Shown: positions 1-12,079 of the stretch, one piece after another
Numbering within the stretch: the stretch's first letter is position 1
Layout of the letters: every line of letters starts with the position of its first letter
Source of the DNA: Octopus sinensis
Lineage: Eukaryota
Direction: 5' to 3'
Length of the DNA stretch: 64,000 nt
Assembly: GCF_006345805.1 (NCBI RefSeq)
Contig: NC_043006.1
Span: 46,314,001 to 46,378,000 of the forward strand
Position numbers and translations under genes: made by a program
The notes under the pieces: generated by a model
Seen by the model: the letters and a program-made list of their open reading frames with translations, nothing else
Told to the model about the DNA's origin: nothing
Databases searched by the model: none

Positions 1-748
1 AATATACGACAGGCTGCAATGAAAAATCATGTTTTCATTTTATAGAAATATATACGTTGTAATATTCAGAAATATTTGTATTTCATATCATGATACTGAA
101 CGCAGTATGCAGTAATGTAGTATCCTGTTTCATAATATGATATTGCCGCATTTATTCATAATCCGATAGAGTTTCGATTTCCAGTAATCTCTGTATTTTA
201 TACTATTTCACAGTTTTTTTTTAATCAACAGTTAGATTATTTCACAGCATGATATAAAGTGTTGTTTACAGTAATATGTACAACATATAATTTGATGCAG
301 ATTGGAGTTTATATGAAATATTGACAACATTATCCAAATATCATATACATTGCAAGTTACAGGACATCGACCTCATGCTATCCAAGTATTTGATTATTAA
401 CGTTTTTGTCTGCATCAAAACGTTAGTAACTAAATCAAGGCGATCTGAGAAACGTTGCTGCAGGATATAGTTATTTATTTCTAGCCCAAATAGATTAAAA
501 GAAACTTCACTAAAACGGTCAGGCTTTTTTTCTCCTTTGCAATTGCATCGTGATAACGCTCTTCCGTGTAACGAGGTGTTTCCACTGAAACTGAGATGGC
601 AATATAATCATGAACCTAACTTTTGCTTCGTGTAGCGTTACAAAAGACGTTTTTTTTTTAACTCTGAATCTGAAATAGTTTAAGTTCGTTTCTTCTACCT
701 GCAAGTAGTTGTCCACTGTCCATCGTTGCCGCCATGCAGTCGAGGACT

Positions 749-862
749 GGCTATGTCACGTTGAAAGCACCGGTTCACGTCCGATCACCGAAGTTAAGCA
801 ACGTCGAGACTAGTTAGTACTTAGATGGGTGACCGCTTGGGAAACCTAGATGCTGTAAACAT
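749..862 (+). pseudogene. 5S rRNA pseudogene
   Basis: CACGTTGAAAGCACCGGTTCACGTCCGATCACCGAAGTTAAGCAACGTCGAGACTAGTTAGTACTTAGATGGGTGACCGCTTGGGAAACCTAGATGCTGT matches metazoan/molluscan 5S nearly end to end. The first ~6 nt do not match, the terminal helix is broken and no T-run terminator follows. Confidence 0.9.
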
Positions 863-872
863 CACACATATA

Positions 873-1076
873 GGCGTAGGAGTGACTGTGTGGTAAGTAG
901 CTTGCTTACCAACCACATGGTTCTGGGTTCAGTCCCACTGCGTGGTACCTTGGGCAAGTGTCTTCTACTATAGCTACTATAGCCTCAGGCCGACCAAAGC
1001 CTTGTGAGTGAATTTTGTAGACGGTAACTGAAAGAAGCCCGTCGTATATATGTATATATATATATTATATATATAT

Positions 1077-1145
<69 letters not shown>

Positions 1146-1361
1146 GTATATGTTTTTGTGTCTGTGTTTATCCCTCAAAAATCGCTTGACAACCGATGCT
1201 AGTGTGTTTACATCACCGTAACTTAGCGTTTCTGCAAAAGAAACCGATAGAATAAGTACTAGGCTTACAAAGAATAAGTCCTGGGGGTCGATTTGCTCGA
1301 CTAAAGGCGGTGCTCTTGCATGGCCACAGTCAAATGACTGAAACAAGTGAAAGAGTAAAAG
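873..1361 (+). mobile_element. tRNA-derived SINE, family A (local name), full length
   Basis: Head GGCGTAGGAGTG(G/A)CTGTGTGGTAAG...GGTTCAGTCCC with A/B boxes, internal (TA)n, tail GACTGAAACAAGTGAAAGAGTAAAAG. At least 8 related copies in the window. Confidence 0.9.
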
Positions 1362-1504
1362 TTGTTATTGACATTTTGTTTTGCAGCACTGTAACCATAT
1401 TTCATCTATATCCAATTATTCTTCATCCAGTAACTAGTACATCGACTTGGCTGACTCGTTCATAATAATATGGTGATATGAATTTAACACGTTATAAGAT
1501 GTGG

Positions 1505-1692
1505 TAACCAAATTTGCACTGATAGTATTGGGTGAGGCTAAATCGGTTACATCGACCCCAGTATTCAACTTATTTTATAGACTCTGAAAAGCAAAGTTGA
1601 CCTCGGTAGAATTTATCTCAGAATGTAAAAAAAAGGACGAAATACTGCTAAGCAGTTTTCTCAGTGCTCTAAAGATTATGCCAGCTCACCTT
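1505..1692 (-). mobile_element. old SINE family C copy
   Basis: Degenerate match to the GCAAAGTCGACCTCGGCGGAATTTGAACTCAGAACG core seen in many other copies here. Confidence 0.6.
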
Positions 1693-3086
1693 AATTTTCT
1701 CCCATGATATTAAAAGTAAGACAGATTTCTTGAATAAACAGGGAAGTCTCAACCAAATAGTACGAAACAGCACAGCTCCTTCGTCTACTATTGATAAATT
1801 AAAGCATATCCCATCGACAAACCGATTTCTTGTAAACTGTTGGGTCTTGTCTATATTCCTTTCGTGTTTGTTTCACCATCACTTCCATTTAACTATTATT
1901 AGTTTCTCATCTAATCGCACAAAGATAGGCTCTACATTTTGGAATGCAGCTGACACTAGCTTGGTGACTATGCCCAGGTTCTCCACTTTTTATTGAATCA
2001 ATGAAACTAACTTGCGTAAATTATCTTTCGCTTTCTTCAATTGTTGCTTAACAGAAATGCTATGCCGAATCTGCCCATATACTTTTAACCAAAACATAAC
2101 TCGACTGTGTGGGCAAACTATACAAAATTGATATAACGTGGATCCCTGAAAGGCTTACGTTAAGCTACTTCAAGAAACCTCGTTGATGAAGGTTCTGTAC
2201 TTTATTTCGCATGACAGCAATTTTTAAATACGATGTTTCAGAGCTTTGTTTCAGAAAACTGACTTATTAAAAATTCTAATCAAAGAATGATATTCAGTAT
2301 TTGATTCAGAAATTGTTATTTCTCTATTACATCTCCCTTCTGGCTATATCGTGCTTGACTCATATTCACAATATTACGTTATCTCGTGATACTTATGTCA
2401 CTTCTGTTTCATTTTATGTTCTCTCAGCGGCTCTTATGCCATCTTTTGTTCCCCGTGCAGTTCTTTGTTCTCCAGTTTCATTTGCTAATCTTGTAACAGC
2501 TCTTTGTCTTAGATCATCAATACATTAGTTACTTTACTCTTGACTCATAGCAAATACGACTCGTATTATTGGCCTTCTTTGCCAAATCTCTTCTATTTTT
2601 CTTTCTCTTTGTTCTTTCGTTTTCCTTTGCACACTAGCTGTTGCTGCTGTGTTTTGCTAGTGCTCCGATTATTTCTTTCAATTCTTTCTATTTCTTATTT
2701 CTTTTATCATTATTAATAAGTTGTATATATTCAGTAACGTTTATTCCAATTTCATTTTATTTCACTCTCTCACAAGAGTTATTGAAACACAGATTACGCT
2801 TTCTTATTGCTTAAGCAATAAATATACTCTTTCGTTCTTGTGTTTCAAGTCCACGGGTTAACAAGCACAGCCACTTTCTATTTATTACTTATCCAAATAC
2901 TCAAATTGCAATTTCAACTATCTTCCACTCAATGCTGTTTCTTTCCTTCCACGTTCACTAAGATACATACATAACCATAAGACTTCAACAATTTTTTTTT
3001 GTTTTTGCTTTCATCCTCCCTGCTATTAAACGCAATCTTTCTCCAAAAAGGTTGTTTCTACTGTTATTGCAGTCCTACAAAAGAAC

Positions 3087-3343
3087 TACAGTAACCCCTT
3101 GCCATATCGTTGTTCACCTATCGTGATTTATTATTTAAGCTTACGTCGATTCCTCCGTGGTATTGTTTTGCATTTAGAATAAAATATATATACACAATTT
3201 ATAAAAATATTAACAAAAAAAAAATACAGTCCTTTTTATACTTCGCAGATTTTCACCTATCGCGGATTTTAACCTATCGTGGATTTTAAGCTATCGTGGC
3301 GGGTTTGGGATGTAACACCCGCAATAATCGAGGAATTACTGTA
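3087..3343. mobile_element. pogo/Tigger-like MITE
   Basis: Imperfect TIRs TA-CAGTAACCCCTTG... and ...CGAGGAATTACTG-TA with TA flanks. A second, interrupted copy spans 51597-53613. Confidence 0.75.
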
Positions 3344-3416
3344 TTGATCAATATTACGTTTCTTTATTATTCTGTTTCACTTATTTTTGTCTTTCTAATT
3401 GCTCCCTATCTCTCAT

Positions 3417-3628
3417 ACCGCGTGGCTTAGTGTTTGGGGTATTGGACTCATGATCGTAAGATCGTGGTTTCAATTCCTGGACTGGGCGACGCGTTGTGTT
3501 CTGAAGCAAAACACTTTATTTTCACGTTTCTACAGTCCTAATCATGGACTGACCGGCGTCCTGTCCGGGTAAGGAGTTTCTAACTCCGGGAAACCGGTCC
3601 TTATATGTCAGCATGATTCGAGAAGGTA
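3417..3628 (+). mobile_element. tRNA-derived SINE (family D-like head, family B-like tail)
   Basis: GCGTGGCTTAGTG...GGTTTTCAATTCCTGG boxes and TTGTGTTCTGAAGCAAAACACTT body. The 3' part GGACTGACCGGCGTCCTGTCC...GGGAAACCGG resembles the tail of the 8104-8408 SINE. Confidence 0.7.
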
Positions 3629-3756
3629 ATTTTTTAAAAACTTTTTTTTTCTCATAGCTTTTCTGCTTACATAATTTCTTTCTATCACTATATCTTTTTC
3701 CTAGTACACATCTCTAAATAATTTCAGTTCTATATTCAAGAGATGAGGAATTATGT

Positions 3757-3981
3757 ACATTATTTACATTTGACGGATATTTGTCCTCATCTTGTTTGTT
3801 GTTAACACAACGTTTCTTGGGGAAATCATTGGTGTCTTGGGGAAATTTCGAACCTGCGTTCTCATTCTCAGGTTCGAAATTTCCCCTAGACACCTGATGA
3901 AGTCAGGAGGGTATATCAGCCGAAACGTTGTGTTAACAGCAAACAAGATGGGGACAAATATCCGTCAAATGTAAATAATGT
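3757..3981. mobile_element. fold-back (inverted) Penelope-like terminal-repeat fragment
   Basis: Outer arms 3757-3816/3922-3981 (58/60 complementary) and inner arms 3832-3856/3869-3893 (24/25). Contains a CTGATGA...GAAAC motif. Confidence 0.7.
3889..3934 (+). ncRNA. minimal type I hammerhead-like motif, stem II damaged
   Basis: GACAC-CTGATGA-A-GTCAG..CAGCC-GAAA-CGTT-GTGTT: stem I GACAC/GTGTT, palindromic ACGT stem III, stem II only 3/5 pairs. Confidence 0.6.
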
Positions 3982-4512
3982 CTAAATAACTTGTTAACCA
4001 CTACATATATTAATGCTTAAAATTTAAATAAAGGACCTCTGTGCCCATTCAAGTCACATTTTTCAAATGGTTATTTAATATATAAGCTTGCAATAAAGAA
4101 CAGTCATTCTTGTAATGAGGCACGCAGAACACTGGGAAAAGAGGGTGAAGATTCTCTGTTACAATTACTGCTATTAACATATTATTGTAATTGTGACTAG
4201 GCACACACATACACACACCGAGGCTTCCGTATAACTATATCGTTTAGATTAATCATTTCTTGCTGAACTGGCCATCTACGTGTTCACGTTTAGTGATTTC
4301 GGATAATTTTTCTAGCATATTAGATGGCATGGGCGGTGTGGATCCGTCAATCAGCAAACCTCTGTTTTTGTTCAGGAAATCGTCGGTGTGTATTGTTTCC
4401 TATAATCCTTTGATAACATACAGAAGCCGATTTTGAACATTCAGAGAAAGAAAGAAACAAAGGGAGAAAGAAAGAGAAAGGGAAAGAGGGAGAGAGAAAG
4501 AGAAAGAGAGAA

Positions 4513-4544
<32 letters not shown>

Positions 4545-4570
4545 GTAAACTGATATATATATATATATGC

Positions 4571-4618
<48 letters not shown>

Positions 4619-4660
4619 TGTTGTGTCTGGGGAGAGTCATTTTCTTTTTGTGCCTTATAA

Positions 4661-5054
4661 TCTTTATATATAAAACTGTAGTTGTGTGAGTGTCTGTCCC
4701 CTTCGATTTAGATTCCTAACTACTCCCACATTTTGCGGTGCAGTTTAACCAAAACCGGGTATCTTATAGTCGTGATTCATATCGAGCCCTTCTGGGTATT
4801 AGCGCACGTCTACGATGAGTCTACGATTTTAAAAATAATTTACCATCATTTTTTTCCATTTTCATGCATATTTTTTTAAACGGAAGTAACTCTCTAAAAA
4901 TGTCTACGATGAGTCAACGATTTAAAAAGAAATTTACCATCATATTTTTTCCATTTTTAATGCATTTTTTTGCTATTTTTTGGCTATAACTCTCTAAAAA
5001 TGCTGTATAGTTATTTCCCTTACAAACCCGAGCAACGGCGGGCGATACTGCTTG
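4661..5054 (+). mobile_element. non-autonomous Helitron
   Basis: A|TCTTTATATATAAAA 5' end. 3' hairpin CCCGAGCAACGGCGGG then CTTG|T (CTAG in the 39775 copy). Internal ~90-bp duplication. Confidence 0.8.
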
Positions 5055-5100
5055 TTATATATATAGACTGACAGACAGAGAGGCAGACAGATAGATAGAT

Positions 5101-5153
<53 letters not shown>

Positions 5154-6100
5154 AAGAGAGAGATTAAATTCGGTATTTGCTTGGGATTTAATTTAAGGAA
5201 CTGCAAAAAAATAAAAAATTAAATTAAACAAAGAAAAAAAGACCTCGATGAAGGCAGAACGAGTAAGGAAAGAGCCGCACCTGTTACTCAAAGCCGGAGA
5301 CATTGCAGTGAATAAGTCACCTGATCACGTGTATATGCACACACATACATACGTGCATGCATAGCTAGATAGATACATACATACACACACGTATGTAAAT
5401 CTATATACGTATACATCCTCACACGTACATAGACAGACAGACACACAGACACACACACACATACATTTTTCGCAGATATATCACTCACAATGGCATCTCG
5501 AGTGAGGTGTGCGGACCGCACAGAGCAACCGGGTTATACACGTGTGTTTCGCTTCAGTCGAAATTACTTAACGTTTAAAATATAAACGACCAACTTTTCT
5601 ACCGCACACGGCTATCAAAACCGACGCTATGTCTCTGATGCAGATTCACACACAGAAACACGTGGTAAGATGTATAAGGTAAAATATAGAAGAATCGCAG
5701 AAATTTAAAAATCCAATTGCCTAGTTTTCGCCCACGGCACCGCAAACAGAAACGGAAGGAATGCCAACAATCATATATTGTGGTAAAATTCGAAATATTA
5801 ATTAATACAATAGATATTTCGAACAGGAAATTTGAATTAATTTTCAGAAATCATATTTTTAATTAAAACAAAACATACTAACGAGACACATTAATCAGCA
5901 AGATACACAACGCCGCCACACCATAATTTTATCAGTTCATAAAGCAGATGAATCTGAATTGATGGAGCCTTCCCTCTTAACTTTGCCATCATAAGATTGC
6001 CCCGCGGCTCAGGAGTTCTAAATAATGAGATGACGAGCTGGGAATAAACTTGAGGTGATATTCATAATGCATTTACATAAATAGAGGTATACACGTATAT

Positions 6101-6294
6101 ATGTGTGCATACATACATATATATGTGTGTGTGTGTGTGAGTGTGTGTGTTTCTGTGTATCTCTCTCTATCTCTCTTTCTATATATATATGTGTGTGTGT
6201 ATTTCGAGGTGTGTGTGTGCGTGTGTGTATGTGTGTGTGTGTGTGTGTTTGTGTGTGTGTGTTTGTGTGTGTATGCATGTATGTGTGTGTGTGT

Positions 6295-6356
<62 letters not shown>

Positions 6357-6363
6357 TGTGTGT
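6101..6363. repeat. (GT)n/(TA)n/(CT)n compound microsatellite
   Basis: Seen directly. Representative of dozens of similar tracts across the window. Confidence 0.95.
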
Positions 6364-7221
6364 TAATGTATCAACAATACCATCTGAATAGCTACAAGGG
6401 CTAATTGGAGAGTAATATGTTTTTATTCAAAGGAAATTTCAATATTGACGCTAGGAAAGATACTAGCCTTAAAGAATTTCGTTACTAGTAATTTTAAGAG
6501 ACTGAACCACTGAAAATTTTAATCAACTTACGGTAAAGTCATAAGGTTAGATCGAATGACTGTCACTCTTATCTTTGCAATAACTGATGATAAAGCAAGC
6601 CAGGTATCCGTGTTATGAGGCTTCCTCAGTTAAACGAGCCAACTTCAACGGTGGCCAGGAACATTGTCGCTCATTCGGTTTGGCATTTATATTGAGTGAA
6701 GTGTAATTTCAATTAATCATCACAATAATTTTAGCTAGCTTTTGGCGATAAATACAGCGACATTTTAAAGATAGTATCTGAGATACGTTTTTTTGACAAT
6801 TTGGATGACTTTTGCAATAAATCTGTATTGACTAATGTTTTACAAGAAAACCAAGTTAAATTTTATGTTAGCTGCTATGTACAATGCAGGCAGTTACATA
6901 TTTATCAGACTTGGATATATTGTTTTTGCTGCGCTAATAGTAAGACATGGAAAGGCAGTTAATGCAAGTGAGTCATTGTTAGATGTTAATAATGTTATAC
7001 GACATATGATAATATACGTTTATGATGTAAAATGTTCAACTAAGACGAAATCTCAACTCGCAAATACAGATGTAGAATCAATAATTCTACACTTGTAGAA
7101 CATGTATCTTAAATCTATGAAGATGCATTAAATTTCTACTTAATTGCATATAAGAATTATGGCTAGGAATAGAATGGAATCGAACCTCATTCGCTATATA
7201 AGACTGGTGCTAACAAATATT

Positions 7222-8078
7222 CTGTTCTACTCTTGGCACGAGGCCTGAAATTTTCGGGGAGGGGGCCAGGCAATTGAATCGATCCCCAGGACGCAACTGT
7301 TACTTAATTTATCGACCGCGAAAGGATGAAAGGCCAAGTCGACCTCGGTTGAATTTGAACTCAGAACGCAAAGAAAGACATAATACCGCAAAGCATTTCG
7401 CCCGGTGTGCTCACGTTTCTTATTTCTTTATAGCCCACGAGGGGCTAAACATAGAGGGGACAAACAAGGACAGACAAAGGGATTAATTCGATTATATCGA
7501 CTCCAGTACGTAATTTGTACTTAATTTATCGACCCCGAGAGGATGAAAGGCAAAGTCGACCTCGGCGGAATTTGAACTCAGAACATAAAGACAGACGAAA
7601 TACGGCTAAGCACCTCGCCCGGCGTGCTAACGTTTCTGCCAGCTCGTCACATTGGTACTAGCAAGTATTCTTTTCTACTCTAGGTACAAGGCTCGAAATT
7701 TTTGAGGAGGGGCCAGTCGATTAGCTCGTACTTAATTTATAGACTCCGAAAGGATGAAAGGCAAAGTCGACCACGGCAGGATTTGAACTCAGAACGTAAA
7801 GACAGACGAGGTACTGCTAAGCATTTCGCTCGGGATGCTAACGTTTCTGCCAGCTCGTCGCCTTATATCAAATGTATATTCCTGTCCACTCCAGGCACAA
7901 GGCCCGAATTTTGGTGGGGAAAGGGGGCCAGTGGATTAGATCGACCCCAGTACGTAAGTGGTACTTAATTTATCGACCCCGAAAGGATGAAAGGCAAGTC
8001 GGTGGAATTTGAACTCAGAATATAAAGACCGCAAAGTATTTCGCCCGGTGTGCTAACGTTTCTGCTAGATCGTTGCCT
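7222..8078 (-). mobile_element. array of four SINE family C units
   Basis: Repeated GGATGAAAGGCAAAGTCGACCTCGGCGGAATTTGAACTCAGAAC cores and TGCTAACGTTTCTGCCAGCTCG heads, with two tail types. Confidence 0.9.
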
Positions 8079-8103
8079 TGGCGTTAACAAATATTAAAAC
8101 GAT

Positions 8104-8408
8104 AAACGTCGCCCTTTTCAAGCCTAGTCAGATTCATAGGCCCGGTTTCCCCGTTTCTGTGGAGTATGTGTTCTTCCCTGCTGGACGGGACGCCAGTTCA
8201 TCGCAGCGTTACTCAAGAAACAGAAAGACAGAGTGAAAGAAAGTTGTGTCGAAAGAGTACAACAGGGTCCGCCCCCCCCATGCCGGAGAATGGTGGAGCT
8301 TTTAGGTGTTTTCGCTCAATAAACACGCACAACGCCCGGTCTGGGAATCGAATCTGCGATCCTCCGACTGCGAGTCCGCTGCCCTAACCACTGGGCTATT
8401 GTGCTTCC
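8104..8408 (-). mobile_element. tRNA-derived SINE, family B
   Basis: Reverse complement begins GGAAGCACAATAGCCCAGTGGTTAGGGCAGCGG...GATTCGATTCCC, matching the head at 53035. Flanked by TAACAAATATT on both sides. Confidence 0.85.
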
Positions 8409-9020
8409 ACCTAACAAATATTGAGCCAAACATAAATAAACCTAGCTAAAAGTGAGCAACAATAATAGAGAAAACTGTCTGATTTCGTTGGTAACATTTT
8501 TTATGAAAACCGTGTTAATTGGAAATCATGTGAATACATTGATTTTTCATAAGGTTAATTAATGATTCGTTATAACTTTTTAGAGATAATGTTTTCGTTT
8601 TGAAAATCTTCATACAGTTTCTGCTATAAGAAGTATAAATATGTTAGGAACACATTGAAGTTAAACTTTCCTTCCTTGGCAGACGAAGAGTTGCAGAAGG
8701 TTAACGGTGTATTCACAAATTCTGTTTGTCATGAAAAGAATTTTACTGGATTAAGAAAATGTTGCAGAAACACATGCCGTTTGTTGTCGCCTTCTATAGA
8801 GGCTGCGTGTGAATGGGTTAACAACATCTTGCAATCAATTAGACATGGTTTTATTTACAACACATACAAATATATACATATATATATATATATATATACG
8901 ACCAAATCCACTCATGTGACTTTGGTCGGCCTGAGGTTATAGTAGAGGCACTTTCCCAAATTGCCTACACGCACACACACACACTAATATGCATGTTGAT
9001 TCGCTAGCTTCTGCACGCAT

Positions 9021-9199
9021 TTTTTTTCTCTCCTTGTTTCTCTCCGTGTTTCTTTTCTGTGTATCTTTCTGTTGAAGAGCGTAGGCTCGAAATGTAAAAG
9101 ACTTGTTTTATTTATATTCCTGAGCGCCATACTAATACAATTGTTTGTTTGTATTCCACCTGCCTTCGTCTTTTGTTTGTTTTCATAAAGCTTCCCGTT
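9021..9199 (+). mobile_element. Penelope-like terminal-repeat fragment with hammerhead-like motif (9064-9101)
   Basis: Near-identical to 60388-60562 and ends in (TA)n. TCTTT-CTGTTGA-A-GAGC-GTAG-GCTC-GAAA-TGTA-AAAGA. Confidence 0.7.
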
Positions 9200-10748
9200 A
9201 TATATATATATATATATATACTTTCTTTTTATTTAAAGCGATAACTGTTTATCGGATAGTTGTGATCATACTAAAATAGAAAAAAAACTGTGATGGGATA
9301 TGTAACATGATATTTTAATTTTAGTACAATCTAAGGTCTCCGATCAGCGGTAACAGAAACTCTGAGTATCTGTTTTTAAAGATCTTTTCTATTTTAATGA
9401 AAAGCATATTACTCCACATTCGATATTCCTGTTATGACTTCAAGAGTCATAACTGCAAAACATGAGGATCTATACGTACTATTACAGTGTCATGCCATGG
9501 TCATTCCATACCTCATGTGGGAATTGATCTGTCAATAATTCGTCTTAAAATAGATTCTGAAATTACTTGGTACTCAATAAATTATTTCTTTAATTTATCA
9601 AAATTTTTTATCATCTAATATATTTATCTTCAATTTCAAAGTATCTTTATACTTTTGAATGCTTGTGTAATTGTTATTAGCTTCTCCGTATGTATTAACT
9701 ATTTTCTATTTTCATTTTACTCGAATGTTTATTCTATGTAACACAGACGGTCAATAGATAATATATTTTTCATAGATTCATTTTACTAATTCTTTATTTT
9801 GTTCATTAGAATTCTATGGTGTTCGATTTTTACATCATCTAGAAATGGTATTGTTCCATGTATTTAAATAAAATATTAGCAGCATTATGACGTAATTTGT
9901 ATCTGAAGTTTGCGTCGCCTCTTGCATTTGTTGCGATTGTTCTTATTCAGCTCCAGATCACCACTAACCAAGTTTGCATCAAATAAAATGGAGTCCAGCC
10001 GTGAATATCAGATATTTTATTCAAACAGTATGTCTAAGACTAGTTTATCCAACGAAGCCTTCCTATTTATGTATACGATATATTTAACAGATCAGGCGAC
10101 AATTTACTACTTCTATCCTTTTGGTCTGTTATTTCTTGGCATTTATCTGTGAGCCATAATCATTGCATCAATGTATGCAATAGGATATATTTCTACTTTT
10201 CCATTTTACTTTTTATTCTGACAAACATACTATATTTGGTTTTCTTAAGGTGCCGTTTCAACACATCCTTTAGGTTAATGTAACTCTTAATGCTATTGAT
10301 ATGACTTACTTCTAGTTCCGATCACACGAAAATATCTAAAGCTTTCCAAGCCATGCTCACTTTGTCTTATTTTTTGTATCCTGTGCCTAATGCTACCTTA
10401 TCAAATGTAGTTTTAGACATCATATATTTTAAAACATAAACATAGACGAGGTTTTGTTTGCTATTTCCAGCAAGACGAATGCCTACACATTTTGCTTCAT
10501 AGATAGAGGTTGTTCCTTTCATATAAGTATTAATGATATCCGGGTATGTATGTAAAAAGACATTTTAAGATCCACAAAGATCATAACTTATCTGCAGCTC
10601 TCGGTGGGCCAAATCGGATTTGCAATCTATGTGGGTGTCTTTTCAGAACATTGTGTTGTTTAAAAAAAGTCACATTAGATGCCATAAAGGTGCTGAGGTG
10701 TAGGTGCAGGAGGTGGTCAAACTCTGCATAAGGAGTAGACAAACACCA

Positions 10749-10898
10749 TGTATGTATGTATGTATGTATGTATGTTGTATGTATGTATGTATGTATGTAT
10801 GTATGTATGTATGTATGCATGCATGCATGCATGTATGTATGTATGTATGTATGTATGTATGTATGTATGTATGTATGTATGTATGTATTTGTATGTAT
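10749..10898. repeat. (TATG)n microsatellite
   Basis: Seen directly. Confidence 0.95.
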
Positions 10899-11160
10899 AC
10901 GTTTCCAGTCAACGCAGTAACCGTTAACTCCATTTAAAATTTTACAGCTTGTAATAAGGTGTCAAACTTTTTCGGACTCCGAGATGCGTTTCTGGTTTCT
11001 CAGTCTTTCTTAATAGGCGGTACCAAAACAGTGATGAGAAATAATCTCTGGCACAAATATGCTACAAAATCATTTAAACCAGCCTCACTTTTATTTCTCA
11101 TAATTCTCTACTGCTCTTACTACTATTATTGTCATTATTATCATCAATTGCAGCATTACT

Positions 11161-11567
11161 CTTTTACTCTTTTACTTGTTTCAGTCATGCGACTATGACC
11201 ATGCTGGAGTACCGCCTTTAGTCGACCAAATCGACCCCACGACTTTTTCTTTGTAAGCCTAGTACTTATTCTGTTGGTCTCTTTTGTTGAACTGCTAAGT
11301 TACGGGGACGTAAACACACCAGCATCACATGTCAAGCGTTGTTGGGGGGACAAACATAGACACACAAACATATACACATACATACAAACATATATACATA
11401 TACAAGACGGGCCTCTTTCAGTTCCCCTCTACCAAATCCATTCACAAGACTTTGGTCGGCCCGAGGCTATAGTAGAAGACACTTGCCCAAGGTGCCACGC
11501 AGTGGGACTGAACCCGAAACCATCTGGTTGGTAAGCAAGCTACTTACCACACAGCCACTCCTACGCC
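11161..11567 (-). mobile_element. SINE family A
   Basis: Full reverse-complement match to 873-1361. Confidence 0.9.
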
Positions 11568-11951
11568 TATTAGTTGATTTTTTTATTTTGAATATTTTTA
11601 CAAACTAAAGAGAACGTTAAGAAGAAACTGTTGGCACTTTACAATGCATTCATATCTTCTGTCTGTTGCCAAAATGAAGTGATTCTGTCGTCTCACTCTG
11701 CACAATGGTTTACAACCTCTAAGAACAACTGTGATGCTTTAACAAGATGTCAATATAACGTGAGGTGAAAGAGCATGAGTTGGACTGTGATATAACACTA
11801 AAGAATACGCCGAGAGTTAGATGAAAATTATGAGGTTGGCGCATTACCTGCCACAAGTAGAAGGAATATTTCTATAGTTCTGCACTTACAGCCTCAACTC
11901 AATGTGATTTGATTGATTTCTAACAATTAATAATATATTTTAATATATACA

Positions 11952-12079
<128 letters not shown>

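Noticed and set aside
519-716. 65-aa minus-strand ORF upstream of the 5S copy
   Set aside because: No recognisable domain, and the length is expected by chance.
9900-10400. Possible very old RTE remnant on the minus strand (AWKALD, DKLVLDILF)
   Set aside because: Similarity is too weak to support by eye.
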